DNA from: an uncultured Gammaproteobacteria bacterium
GTDB taxonomy: Bacteria; Patescibacteriota; Microgenomatia; Levybacterales; GWA1-39-11
Assembly: GCA_964511965.1 (NCBI GenBank)
Contig: CAZEGF010000023.1
Span: 42,887-106,886, forward strand
Direction of reading: 5' to 3'
Length of the DNA stretch: 64,000 nt
Part shown: one piece after another, positions 19,153 to 28,866 of the stretch
Numbering within the stretch: position 1 is the stretch's first letter
Layout: every line of letters begins with the position of its first letter
Position numbers and translations under genes: made by a program
The notes under the pieces: generated by a model
What the model saw: only the letters and a program-made list of their open reading frames with translations
What the model was told of the DNA's origin: nothing
Databases searched by the model: none

Positions 19153-20075
19153 GAATTATACTTTCAGGAGCATCAGGTCTTATAGGATCACGGTTTGAAG
19201 AACTTTTTTTTGAAACTCACGAAATTATTCCACTTTCCTCAGATCATGGAGTAGACATAACAAGCCAATCATCGCTTTCGGAATTTTTCCTTGGTAAAGG
19301 GGTTGATGTTGTAATTCACTTAGCTGCAAAAACCGATGTTGATGATTGTGAGAAAGACCGCGAAAATGATATGAGCCGTCTAGCTATTGATCCTAATGAC
19401 ATTTTAAATTTGGATGTAAAAAATCTATTTAGTGAGGATTGGAAGGATCAAAATACTGCTTTTGCCGTAAACACTATCGGTACAAAAAATTTATATGAAG
19501 CTGCAGTGAAATGTGGAGCCAAATTTATATATATTTCAACCGATTTTGTTTTTTCAGGAAAAGACGAGTTTTATGATGAAAAATCGACACCCAATCCGGT
19601 TGATTGGTATGGGATGACTAAATACTTTGGGGAAAAAGTAGTCGACACTTCTAACAATTTAATTGTTAGATTGGCATTTCCATATGGGTATCTGAGCCCA
19701 GTTAAAAAGGATGTCGTTTGGAAGTTATACGATCTATTAACTTCACGAGATGAAGTAAGGCTTATTTCAGATCAAATCATTACACCCACTTTTATTGACG
19801 ATATTGTAAATGGGATTGATTTTTTGATTTCAAAAAATGCAACCGGTATATATCACTTAACCGGAAGTTCATCATTAAGTCCTAAGGAGATAGGAGAAAA
19901 AATTAAGGAAGTATTTTCTCTTTCGACAAAAATTGGATCTTCAATTTTGAATGAAGTATATCATGGAAAAGCACCACGACCTCAAAAATCAATAATGAAA
20001 AGTGAAAAGATTGCAAATTTAGGATTTAAAACGAAAAATTTTGATGAAGGACTAGCTTTGATTCATTCAACATAG
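19149..20075 (+). CDS. rmlD: dTDP-4-dehydrorhamnose reductase with internal insertion
   Basis: GASGLIG, HLAAKTDVD, YISTDFVFSG, YGMTK, DQ..TPT, GIYHL, PRP. Confidence 0.85.
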   Translation: MRIILSGASGLIGSRFEELFFETHEIIPLSSDHGVDITSQSSLSEFFLGKGVDVVIHLAAKTDVDDCEKDRENDMSRLAIDPNDILNLDVKNLFSEDWKDQNTAFAVNTIGTKNLYEAAVKCGAKFIYISTDFVFSGKDEFYDEKSTPNPVDWYGMTKYFGEKVVDTSNNLIVRLAFPYGYLSPVKKDVVWKLYDLLTSRDEVRLISDQIITPTFIDDIVNGIDFLISKNATGIYHLTGSSSLSPKEIGEKIKEVFSLSTKIGSSILNEVYHGKAPRPQKSIMKSEKIANLGFKTKNFDEGLALIHST

Positions 20076-20106
20076 TAAAATGACTAATCTTTAGGATAGT
20101 AAAATC

Positions 20107-21405
20107 ATGAAAATAACATTCATCGGACACGGATATGTAGGACTTGTAAGTGCTTCTATTTTTGCAGATCTTGGAAATACGGTAACAGTGATAGGGCATA
20201 CTCCGGAAACAGTAAAAAATCTTAATAATGGAATTGTTCATATTTTTGAACCGGGTCTTACCGAGTTGGTGCAAAAAAATATAGAGGCAAAACGATTATC
20301 ATTTACCCTTGACTACGATTCCGTAAAAGAAGCCGAGCTTGTTTTTATTGGTGTAGGGACTCCTCCAAAAGATAATGGAGAGGCTGATCTTACTACAGTT
20401 CTTGAAGTTGCCGAGCATATTGGTAAAAATTTATCCGACTATGCTGTTGTTATAACGAAAAGCACGGTACCAATCGGAACCAATAGAAAAATAAAAGATC
20501 TTATAAGTAAAGTTAAAGATCCAAAATCTTCATTTGATGTAGCTTCATGTCCTGAGTTTTTAAGACAAGGGTCCGCGATTTCTGACACTTTATATCCGGA
20601 CCGCATAGTAATAGGGACAGAAACACAAAAGGCACAGGATTTATTGGTGCAGCTGCATAAGCCCCTTCAGGAGAATACAAATTGCCCACTCGTCCTTTGC
20701 AACCTAGAAACAGCCGAAATGATAAAGTACGCAGCAAATTCATTTTTGGCTATGAAAATATCTTTTGCAAACTCTATTGCTCAGCTATCTGAGGTAACCG
20801 GAGCCGACGCTCTCAGAGTTTTGGAGGGTATAGGGTTTGATAAAAGGATTGGTAATTATTTTCTGTCTCCGGGACCGGGATACGGAGGAAGTTGCTTCCC
20901 TAAAGATGTTAAAGCACTAATTTCTATTGCAAAAGGATATAATTATGATTTTGAATTATTAAAAGAGGTTGAGAACGTAAATCATTTAGCAAAGAAATCT
21001 ATTGTTGAAAAAGCTGAGAGGTTATTAGGGGATCTTAAGGGTACAAAAATTGGAATTTTAGGTTTAGCTTTCAAACCAAATACTGATGACATGAGATTTG
21101 CTCCTTCAATTGAAATTATTGACTGGTTGAAGCAAAAAGGAGCTGAAGTTACAGCGTTTGATCCGCAATCTATGGAAAAAGCAAAAAAAATAATAACAGG
21201 TATAACCTATTCTGAAGATATTTATGGAGTAACTGAGGGAGCGGACCTTCTTATTGTAGTTACCGATTGGAATGAATTTAAAGAAGTCGATTTTGAGAGG
21301 ATTAAGAAAAGTATGAAATCACTAAATCTCATAGATGCAAGAAACATTTATGATCCAGAAAAAATGAAGTCCCTCGGATTTAAATATATTGGTGTGGGAC
21401 GCTAA
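20107..21405 (+). CDS. ugd: UDP-glucose 6-dehydrogenase
   Basis: GHGYVGL, KSTVP.GT, PEFLRQG, AEMIKYAAN, GYGGSCFPKD, FKPNTDDMR. Confidence 0.93.
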   Translation: MKITFIGHGYVGLVSASIFADLGNTVTVIGHTPETVKNLNNGIVHIFEPGLTELVQKNIEAKRLSFTLDYDSVKEAELVFIGVGTPPKDNGEADLTTVLEVAEHIGKNLSDYAVVITKSTVPIGTNRKIKDLISKVKDPKSSFDVASCPEFLRQGSAISDTLYPDRIVIGTETQKAQDLLVQLHKPLQENTNCPLVLCNLETAEMIKYAANSFLAMKISFANSIAQLSEVTGADALRVLEGIGFDKRIGNYFLSPGPGYGGSCFPKDVKALISIAKGYNYDFELLKEVENVNHLAKKSIVEKAERLLGDLKGTKIGILGLAFKPNTDDMRFAPSIEIIDWLKQKGAEVTAFDPQSMEKAKKIITGITYSEDIYGVTEGADLLIVVTDWNEFKEVDFERIKKSMKSLNLIDARNIYDPEKMKSLGFKYIGVGR

Positions 21406-21407
21406 AC

Positions 21408-22346
21408 ATGCCTAAAGCTTTTGTCACCGGAATAAATGGGTTTGCAGGTACTCATCTCAATAATCTGCTCTTGCAAAAGGGATACGAGGTTTTTGGAACA
21501 ATAAAACCTGATGGTAACAATTCGGATAACGGTAATCTTTTTTCCGTAGATATACAGAACTTTGACAGCTTAAAAAGCGCGATCGAAAAGGTTTCTCCGG
21601 ATCATATTTATCACTTAGCAGCTCTAACAAGTCCGGGGGAAAGTTTTAAAAATCCATCAGACACAATTACAACAAATATAAGTGGCCAGCTTAATATTCT
21701 TGAATCGGTAAAGCAACTACAACTCATGGAAACAAAAGTTCTGGTCGTCTCATCAGCTGAAATTTATGGAGCAGCTAAAGAATCCGATTTACCGATGACG
21801 GAAAATACTCCTCTCCGCCCGCTATCTCCATACGCTGTCAGTAAAATTGCCCAAGATTATTTAGGATACCAGTATTCTCATTCACAAAATGTTAAAGCGA
21901 TTATTGTACGGACATTTAACACTGTAGGCCCAAATCACGCTCCTATTTTTGTTATTCCATCATTTGCAAAGCAAATTGCTGAAATAGAAAAGGGCATGAA
22001 AGAACCAATTCTTAAAGTGGGTAATTTAGAAGCAAAACGTGACTTTACTGACGTGAGAGATGCAATGAGGGCATATGAGTTAATTATGTTGCACGGTCAA
22101 CCTGGTGAGGCATATAACGTGGGATCTGGTAAATCCCACAAAATTAAAGAAGTTTTAGATATTCTTCTATCATTCTCTGACAAAGAAATAATCGTCGAAA
22201 AAGACCCGGCACTCATGCGTCCGGGGGATATTCCTGAACTTCGATGTGACTACTCAAAACTTCATCATGCAACTGGGTGGAAACCTGAAATTGAATTAGA
22301 ACAAACGCTGAAAGATACCCTGGACTATTGGCGCAATATTGTTTAG
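21408..22346 (+). CDS. GDP-4-keto-6-deoxy-D-mannose reductase (Rmd)-like SDR
   Basis: VTGINGFAG, HLAA, SSAEIYG, P.SPYAVSK, VGNL...RDFTDVRD; adjacent to gmd. Confidence 0.72.
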   Translation: MPKAFVTGINGFAGTHLNNLLLQKGYEVFGTIKPDGNNSDNGNLFSVDIQNFDSLKSAIEKVSPDHIYHLAALTSPGESFKNPSDTITTNISGQLNILESVKQLQLMETKVLVVSSAEIYGAAKESDLPMTENTPLRPLSPYAVSKIAQDYLGYQYSHSQNVKAIIVRTFNTVGPNHAPIFVIPSFAKQIAEIEKGMKEPILKVGNLEAKRDFTDVRDAMRAYELIMLHGQPGEAYNVGSGKSHKIKEVLDILLSFSDKEIIVEKDPALMRPGDIPELRCDYSKLHHATGWKPEIELEQTLKDTLDYWRNIV

Positions 22347-22461
22347 AATTATTTAAATTATATGAAAAGGGGATTCACCTTTTACGAAGTAAAAGACAAG
22401 CTCGGGAGACAATAAGACTTTAAAAAACAACAATGGTAGTCAAAAGATCACAATTTTAGTT

Positions 22462-23436
22462 ATGAAAAGAGCGCTTATTACGGGAATAACAGGACAAGAC
22501 GGAAGTTACCTCGCTGAATTATTATTATCAAAAGGTTATCAGGTTTATGGCCTTGTAAGACGTCTGTCTACTCCAAATACTGAAAATATCAGACACCTTC
22601 TTGATAAGATCGAGCTTATCTCCGGTGATCTTTTGGATCAAAAATCATTAGATGATGCTTTGTACGAATCCCAACCGGATGAAGTTTATAACTTAGCTGC
22701 TCAATCTTTTGTTAAAACCTCTTGGAATCAAGCTGTTCTTACCGGAGAATACACAGCTTTGGGTGTTACAAGAATGCTTGAGGCAGTAAAAACAGCTTCA
22801 CCTAAGGCGAAGTTTTATCAAGCATCATCTTCTGAAATGTTTGGGAAAGTGACAGAAGTTCCACAAAGAGAAACCACGAGATTTTATCCCAGAAGCCCTT
22901 ACGGAGTTGCAAAAGTTTATGGACACTATATAACATTAAATTATAGGGAAAGTTATAATATTTTTGCATGCTCCGGAATTCTTTTTAATCACGAATCTCC
23001 ACGCCGCGGAATTGAATTTGTAACAAGAAAAATTTCTCATGCAGTAGCAAGAATTTCACTTGGTAAGCAAGATAAAGTAGTTTTGGGAAATTTAGACAGT
23101 AAGAGGGATTGGGGTTTTGCCGGTGATTATGTAGATGGAATGTGGAGAATGCTTCAACAAGATACTCCCGATGATTATGTTATTGCAACTGGTGAGACTC
23201 ACAGCATTGAAGAATTTGTTGAAGCGGCTTTCAAAGTTGTAGGAATAGACGATTGGAAATCTCACGTAGAATCAAATAACCCTAAATTTATGAGACCTGC
23301 AGAGGTAGATTCTCTTATTGGTGACTATTCAAAAGCTAAAGAAGTGTTAGGTTGGACTCCAACCACAAGTTTTAATCAACTCGTTGAGATGATGGTTAAA
23401 GCTGATCTTGAGGCTGAAAAGAAAAACGATCATTAA
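22462..23436 (+). CDS. gmd: GDP-mannose 4,6-dehydratase
   Basis: [54 protein letters not shown]. Confidence 0.97.
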   Translation: MKRALITGITGQDGSYLAELLLSKGYQVYGLVRRLSTPNTENIRHLLDKIELISGDLLDQKSLDDALYESQPDEVYNLAAQSFVKTSWNQAVLTGEYTALGVTRMLEAVKTASPKAKFYQASSSEMFGKVTEVPQRETTRFYPRSPYGVAKVYGHYITLNYRESYNIFACSGILFNHESPRRGIEFVTRKISHAVARISLGKQDKVVLGNLDSKRDWGFAGDYVDGMWRMLQQDTPDDYVIATGETHSIEEFVEAAFKVVGIDDWKSHVESNNPKFMRPAEVDSLIGDYSKAKEVLGWTPTTSFNQLVEMMVKADLEAEKKNDH

Positions 23437-23508
23437 ATTCTGCCACGCTCCATCACTATTAAATTCCTTTTTTTGATACAATAAATGTACATTTTTTAAC
23501 AAAATTAT

Positions 23509-24462
23509 ATGAGTAAGATATTGATTGCCGGTGGTGCTGGATTTATTGGGTCAAACCTCTCAAAAAAGTTTTTAGATGAGGGGCATGAGGTCATTGTAGT
23601 TGACAATTTAGTCTCAAGTTCTGAGTCAAACATTGAAGATCTGAAACAAAATAGTAACTTTAAATTTATAAATCATGATGTAACAACTCCTCTTCCTGAT
23701 GACCTTACGGCAGAAGCGGTATTTCATCTCGCATCTCCTGCTTCCCCAAATCATCATAGCCGCATTTCATACCATGCTTTACCAATGGAGACCATGATGG
23801 TAAATACATTAGGAACCCTTGAGTTATTAAAGTTTGCACAAAAAAATAACGCTAAATTTCTTTTTGCTTCAACATCTGAAGCATATGGTGATCCACTTGA
23901 GCACCCACAGAAAGAAGAATATAGAGGAAATGTTTCAACAACAGGGCCCCGAGCCGTTTATGACGAGGCAAAAAGATTTGGAGAAACTATAACGTCTTAT
24001 TTTTGGAGAGATAAAGGAGTTGACGCTCGGATAGTGAGAATTTTTAATACATACGGTCCTAATATGCATAAAGATGATTTACGTATGATTTCCCGATTTA
24101 TTGCACAAGCGCTTGCAAACGAACCGATAACAATTTTTGGCGACGGATCACAAACAAGATCTCTTTGTTATATTGACGATTTGATTGAAGGACTATCCCG
24201 CCTTATGTTTTATAACAATACTAAAGGTGAAGTTGTAAATTTAGGAAATCCGGAAGAGCATACTGTCTTTGAATATGCTGAGATGGTCAAAAAGATTACC
24301 GGATCAACAAGTGAGATTGTGCATACTGAAGATTTGCCAAAAGATGATCCTTTAAGAAGGTGTCCGGATATTGAGAAAGCAAAAAATCTTTTGTCATGGG
24401 AACCAAAAGTTAGTCTTGAGGATGGACTTATGAAAATGATTGAGTATGTAAAAAATATGTGA
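23509..24462 (+). CDS. UDP-glucuronate decarboxylase (UDP-xylose synthase)-like SDR
   Basis: HLASPASP, STSE.YGDP..HPQ.E.Y.GNV...GPR..YDE.KR, RIFNTYGP, DDP.RR.PDI. Confidence 0.88.
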   Translation: MSKILIAGGAGFIGSNLSKKFLDEGHEVIVVDNLVSSSESNIEDLKQNSNFKFINHDVTTPLPDDLTAEAVFHLASPASPNHHSRISYHALPMETMMVNTLGTLELLKFAQKNNAKFLFASTSEAYGDPLEHPQKEEYRGNVSTTGPRAVYDEAKRFGETITSYFWRDKGVDARIVRIFNTYGPNMHKDDLRMISRFIAQALANEPITIFGDGSQTRSLCYIDDLIEGLSRLMFYNNTKGEVVNLGNPEEHTVFEYAEMVKKITGSTSEIVHTEDLPKDDPLRRCPDIEKAKNLLSWEPKVSLEDGLMKMIEYVKNM

Positions 24463-24465
24463 TTA

Positions 24466-24555
24466 TACCGACAACTCTTGTTCGCTCTGCGAAAAGAGCT
24501 TCTCGGTACAATTTTCAAAACATATTGAGATAATAGAATTTGAATTTTGAAAATT
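24466..24555. repeat. Two adjacent intergenic inverted repeats
   Basis: TACCGA..CTCTTGTTCGC/GCGAAAAGAG..TCGGTA (24466-24508); AATTTTCAAAA (24510-24520) / TTTTGAAAATT (24545-24555). Confidence 0.65.
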
Positions 24556-25683
24556 ATGAAAATCTATATAGTATCTGCTGCCTATAACGAGCGTGACAAT
24601 ATAAAAGAATTGATAACAATTCTTGAAGAAGAAGTATCTCCTGAAATCAAAGAGCATGAAATGCATATCTTAATAGCAGATGACAATTCCCCTGATGGAA
24701 CCGGAGATGTTGTTCGAGAGCTCATGGGTAAATATAAAAATTTGGATATCAATCAAGGGGAGAAAAAAGGACTCGGAGCAGCATACGTCAGGGCAATGGG
24801 TTATGCAGTTGAACATGAAAAGGCAGATGTAGTTATAAGCATTGATGCTGATTTACAACATGATCCCCGTGCTGTCCCTTCATTTATTAAAAAAATGGAA
24901 GAAGGATACGATGTAGTTAGTGGAACCCGTTATAGTGATGGCGGATCGATGCCTGCAAAATGGCCAATTCAAAGGAAATTATTTTCTGTAACTGCAAATA
25001 TTTTAATGAGGGTTATAACAGGACGGTTTTATCTTCACGATTGGACAGGTGGTTATCGGGCTATAAAAAAAGAAGTATTTATTAAAGAAAAAGAAAAAGT
25101 CCGAGAATATAAAGGATATACTTTTCAAGTTGCATTTTTATACAAAACTATTCTTGACGGTTTCAAAGCAGGTGAAGTACCCATTCATTTCAGAACCAGA
25201 AGAGTTGGTGATTCGAAAATAGCTCCACTTGCATACATTGTTAATGTTTTAAAATATGTCATAACGGAAAGGATAAGAGAATTAATTACCGGTCCTTTTG
25301 GAAAATTTATAATTGTTGGGGGCTTTGGATTTTTACTAAATGCAATTATCTTAAGGTTATTAGTAGATAGATTTCATTGGGTACCATATTATGCAAATTT
25401 AATCGGAGCAGTTGTCGCTATTTTTTCAAATTATAATTTGAATAACCTCTGGACATTTAGACATCATAAAGCAACAAGCTTTTGGAAGTACATTATTAAG
25501 ATGCTTCAGTTCTATCTAACATCAGCTTTTGGTGTAATCGTAATACAAACAGGGACAATATTTGTTGGAGTACATTTTATAACACAACAAAAAGATTACT
25601 TTATATATTTCATTGGAGGAACCGCTATTTTATTAGTCTGGAATTTCTTCGTTTATTCCAAATTTATTTGGAGGAAAAAATAA
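24556..25683 (+). CDS. Polyprenol-phosphate glycosyltransferase (GT2, DPM1-like) fused to a GtrA domain
   Basis: YNE..NI, DDNSPDGT, GLG.AY, DADLQHDP, D.TGGYRA; C-terminal KF..VG / N..WTF GtrA helices; start ATG 24556. Confidence 0.9.
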   Translation: MKIYIVSAAYNERDNIKELITILEEEVSPEIKEHEMHILIADDNSPDGTGDVVRELMGKYKNLDINQGEKKGLGAAYVRAMGYAVEHEKADVVISIDADLQHDPRAVPSFIKKMEEGYDVVSGTRYSDGGSMPAKWPIQRKLFSVTANILMRVITGRFYLHDWTGGYRAIKKEVFIKEKEKVREYKGYTFQVAFLYKTILDGFKAGEVPIHFRTRRVGDSKIAPLAYIVNVLKYVITERIRELITGPFGKFIIVGGFGFLLNAIILRLLVDRFHWVPYYANLIGAVVAIFSNYNLNNLWTFRHHKATSFWKYIIKMLQFYLTSAFGVIVIQTGTIFVGVHFITQQKDYFIYFIGGTAILLVWNFFVYSKFIWRKK

Positions 25684-25692
25684 ATATTTTCC

Positions 25693-27303
25693 ATGTTAGA
25701 AAAAATAAAAAAATATATTTCACAACACAAAGTTGAAATTTCTCTTCTACTATTAATTCTTTTTGTTGCTGCTTTTTTTAGAATATATAGGATTTCTGAC
25801 TACATGACTTTTTTAGGCGATGAGGGACGGGATGCCATTGTTGCAAAAAATATACTTCATGGCAATTTTACTCTTCTTGGACCACGGGCAAGTGCGGGAG
25901 ACTTTTTCTTGGGACCCATATATTACTATATGATGGCTCCCTTTCTTTTAATGTCAAATTACGATCCTGTTGGACCGGCAATTATGGTGGCAATTTTTGG
26001 AGTAGCAACTGTATTTTTGGTTTATTATGTAGGGCTTAAATTTTTTAATGCGAAAGCTGGACTTATTGCTGCTTCACTTTATGCAATTTCGCCATTAGTA
26101 ATTGCTTATTCCAGATCTTCTTGGAATCCGAATGTAATGCCATTTTTCTCAATTGTCATGTTATATGTTTTGTATGTTTCAATTAAAAAACAATCAAGAA
26201 AACTTTTTCTTTTAGTGGGGCTTTTATTGGGTATTGCAATGCAACTTCATTATCTCTCGACCTTTTTAGCCGTTATTGTCTTTTTCTTTGTCCTATTAGG
26301 CGAGAGAATGCTTGATAAAAATAATTTTGTAAAGCGTTGCTTTATTCACTATATAGAAATATTTATCGGATTTATAGTTGGTTTATCACCTTTTTTAGCT
26401 TTTGAAGTTAGACACGGATTTCCAAATATTAGGACTATATTCAAATTTATATTCGAAGACAATGCAGCTAAAGGATATGAAATTCATCATTCATTTTTTG
26501 GCAATATTTGGGATGTATCTTTTAGACTTTTTGGGCGACTCGTTACAAAATTTCCACCTCCTGATCAGATAAATGTAGGACTTCATACTAATTTGCAAAT
26601 TTGGTTTGTAGGTACCGTTCTTCTTGCAATTTTTTCAATATTTGCTCTTAAGTATGTGAAAGAAAAATTGAAAGTTTTACTTCTGGCCCTGTGGTTATTT
26701 TTTGGAATACTATTATTCGGGTTTTATAAAAAGTCAATTTATGACTACTATCTAGGTTTTATGTTTCCGGTTCCATTTCTTCTTGTTGGAGGACTACTCA
26801 GTCACTTAACAGAACTGAAAAAATTTAAATGGATGAGTATTGTTGCAGGAGTGATATTTGTTACATTAGTTGCGATAAATCTTTCAGGAAACCCATTTAG
26901 GTACCAGGGAAACAGGCAAAAAGATCAAGCAAGACATATTGCAGAAGCTGTACTTGCGCAAACTGGAGGCAAGCCATTTAATTTTGCACTTTTAACAAAA
27001 GGTAATTCAGATCATGTGTACCGGTATTTCTTTGAAATAGAAAACCGTGCACCGGTAACTATTCAAAATATTATTGTTGATCCGGAAAGAAAAAGTGTTA
27101 CAGACCAACTGATGGTGGTTTGTGAAGATTTGGATTGCCATCCATTGGGAAATTCTTTATGGGAAGTGTCGGGCTTTGGAAGAGCAGAAATAACAGGAGA
27201 ATGGAGCGTTCCATTTGTAAAAATATTTAGACTTGTGCATTACAAAGAACCGGAAGCAACACCTACTCCAAAGGTGTATAATCAGCCTCATGCAACCAAG
27301 TGA
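25693..27303 (+). CDS. GT-C glycosyltransferase (ArnT/PMT_2 family)
   Basis: FLGDEGRD, GP.YYY, SP..IAYSR..WNPN, QLHY; multi-TM. Confidence 0.85.
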   Translation: MLEKIKKYISQHKVEISLLLLILFVAAFFRIYRISDYMTFLGDEGRDAIVAKNILHGNFTLLGPRASAGDFFLGPIYYYMMAPFLLMSNYDPVGPAIMVAIFGVATVFLVYYVGLKFFNAKAGLIAASLYAISPLVIAYSRSSWNPNVMPFFSIVMLYVLYVSIKKQSRKLFLLVGLLLGIAMQLHYLSTFLAVIVFFFVLLGERMLDKNNFVKRCFIHYIEIFIGFIVGLSPFLAFEVRHGFPNIRTIFKFIFEDNAAKGYEIHHSFFGNIWDVSFRLFGRLVTKFPPPDQINVGLHTNLQIWFVGTVLLAIFSIFALKYVKEKLKVLLLALWLFFGILLFGFYKKSIYDYYLGFMFPVPFLLVGGLLSHLTELKKFKWMSIVAGVIFVTLVAINLSGNPFRYQGNRQKDQARHIAEAVLAQTGGKPFNFALLTKGNSDHVYRYFFEIENRAPVTIQNIIVDPERKSVTDQLMVVCEDLDCHPLGNSLWEVSGFGRAEITGEWSVPFVKIFRLVHYKEPEATPTPKVYNQPHATK

Positions 27304-28015
27304 GAGAGATAGAGAACCCCAAGAACGAGTGGACCTCATGGAGGTTAAACCCAACATTCCATTTCACCCATTTGAAGGGTTAGATGAATGGTACTCAGTT
27401 GAGCAAAGACGCTCGGACCCAAAAATTGAAGATGATTATCAAATTCTTTATTTGAGAAGGAAAATAATCTATAAAGGAATCGAGGGATTTATTGACTTAG
27501 TTGATGAGGATTCAGGGTATCTTGGATACGACCAGGTAACAAGAATAGCAGATGCAGGGTTTGTACTTGAGGAATCAGAAGAGGATCAAGAAGGCCCGAT
27601 TAAGGGATTAAAAGTAACAGATGAAATTGAAAATCCTTTGGTTGTTAGGATGGTTTTTTTTCTGAAAAATCCAAGAGATCTTATGTCACTAATAAATACT
27701 AATATTCAATTACTTACCGATAAGGGAAATTTCTTATTGTTATATCAGGTTGACGTAGGTGAAAGAAAATATCTTGAGGAACTTGAACTAGAAGGAATGA
27801 AAACTTTAGTTAGGGATGGTTATTCTAAAGTTACTGAACTTGATGGAAATGTTAGTAGAATAATAAAAGCGGACCGAGTTTGGTTTCCAGTAAATGATGA
27901 TGAAATTGATAAAATAAAAGTTGTTTTTCAAGTAGATGAGAATAAGAGAGACGATGATGAAGAACCAGAACCACCAGAACCTCCCGTAGAAGAAAGAGAA
28001 CTTATTAGAGTTTAG
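27290..28015 (+). CDS. Acidic hypothetical protein (ORFan-like)
   Basis: Long Asp/Glu-rich ORF ending EPEPPEPP; start moved to ATG 27290. Confidence 0.6.
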   Translation: MQPSERDREPQERVDLMEVKPNIPFHPFEGLDEWYSVEQRRSDPKIEDDYQILYLRRKIIYKGIEGFIDLVDEDSGYLGYDQVTRIADAGFVLEESEEDQEGPIKGLKVTDEIENPLVVRMVFFLKNPRDLMSLINTNIQLLTDKGNFLLLYQVDVGERKYLEELELEGMKTLVRDGYSKVTELDGNVSRIIKADRVWFPVNDDEIDKIKVVFQVDENKRDDDEEPEPPEPPVEERELIRV

Positions 28016-28332
28016 TATCCTAAGAAGTTAAGGTGTAAAAATCCAGTTGCAAGTAGTGTAAAAAGCAGAACATCAAAAGCGGCAACAATTCCGGAAGCAG
28101 CAGTTATTGCAACCATATCGTGCTTCAAATACTCAGCGTCTTTTTGAGCCACAGTTGAGCCTTCCGGTATAACTACTTTTTTTTCTGTAGGAAGTGCTTC
28201 TGTTGTAGGTAAGCTAGCAACAGAATAGGTTGGCGCTTGAGTGTGAATATGATGTGTATGTTGCTCTATTTCAACGTGATGTCTTGTTGAGGCTAATTCT
28301 TTTTGTTTTCTTGTTTTTCTTTTCTTTGACAT
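28012..28332 (-). CDS. Small protein with basic N-terminus, His-rich patch and C-terminal TM
   Basis: MSKKRKTRKQK, HHVEIEQHTHHIH, hydrophobic C-terminus. Confidence 0.65.
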   Translation of the reverse strand: MSKKRKTRKQKELASTRHHVEIEQHTHHIHTQAPTYSVASLPTTEALPTEKKVVIPEGSTVAQKDAEYLKHDMVAITAASGIVAAFDVLLFTLLATGFLHLNFLGY

Positions 28333-28392
28333 AGAGGCTCAAGTTATCATATTGACTCTGTATTTTCAAGATACTAAAATGGTAAGACGCTT

Positions 28393-28863
28393 ATGAATTC
28401 GCTCCCCCTTTTGATCCTCGTTGTTATTTTAATAGTGTGGAACGGAATTCTATCTTATTTATTTTACCGAATATGGACATCTTTGCAAAAAGTTTCAACA
28501 GGAGACAAAAAAGAAACAATTATTGAGCTTTTGAGTAAAGTTCTTGAGCATGAAAAAAGACTCAGCCAGAATTTAGCTGACACAAATAAAAAAGTTGAGG
28601 ACTTGATATTTGATTCACAATTCTATATACAAAAGATAGGGCTTGTTCGGTTTAATCCGTTCAATGACACAGGAGGAGACCAAAGTTTTATTCTTGCCCT
28701 AATTGACGCTGAGGAGTCAGGAGTAGTTATTTCCGGTCTTCACACGAGAAATGGTACAAGATGGTATGCTAAGAAAATCAGTAATGGTCACGGAGTTGAG
28801 CATGAACTCTCAAATGACGAAGTAAAGGCGATAAAATCTGCCACAAAAAGGGCAAAAAAATAA
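28393..28863 (+). CDS. DUF4446 family protein
   Basis: TM plus coiled coil plus QKIGLVRFNPF.DTGGDQSF.LAL.D...GVVIS.LH.R..TR.YAK. Confidence 0.85.
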   Translation: MNSLPLLILVVILIVWNGILSYLFYRIWTSLQKVSTGDKKETIIELLSKVLEHEKRLSQNLADTNKKVEDLIFDSQFYIQKIGLVRFNPFNDTGGDQSFILALIDAEESGVVISGLHTRNGTRWYAKKISNGHGVEHELSNDEVKAIKSATKRAKK

Positions 28864-28866
28864 GCT

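Noticed and set aside
22362-22415. Small [20 protein letters not shown] resembling a type IV prepilin G|FTxxE motif
   Set aside because: No hydrophobic helix follows and it stops after 17 codons; better explained as a decayed gmd start
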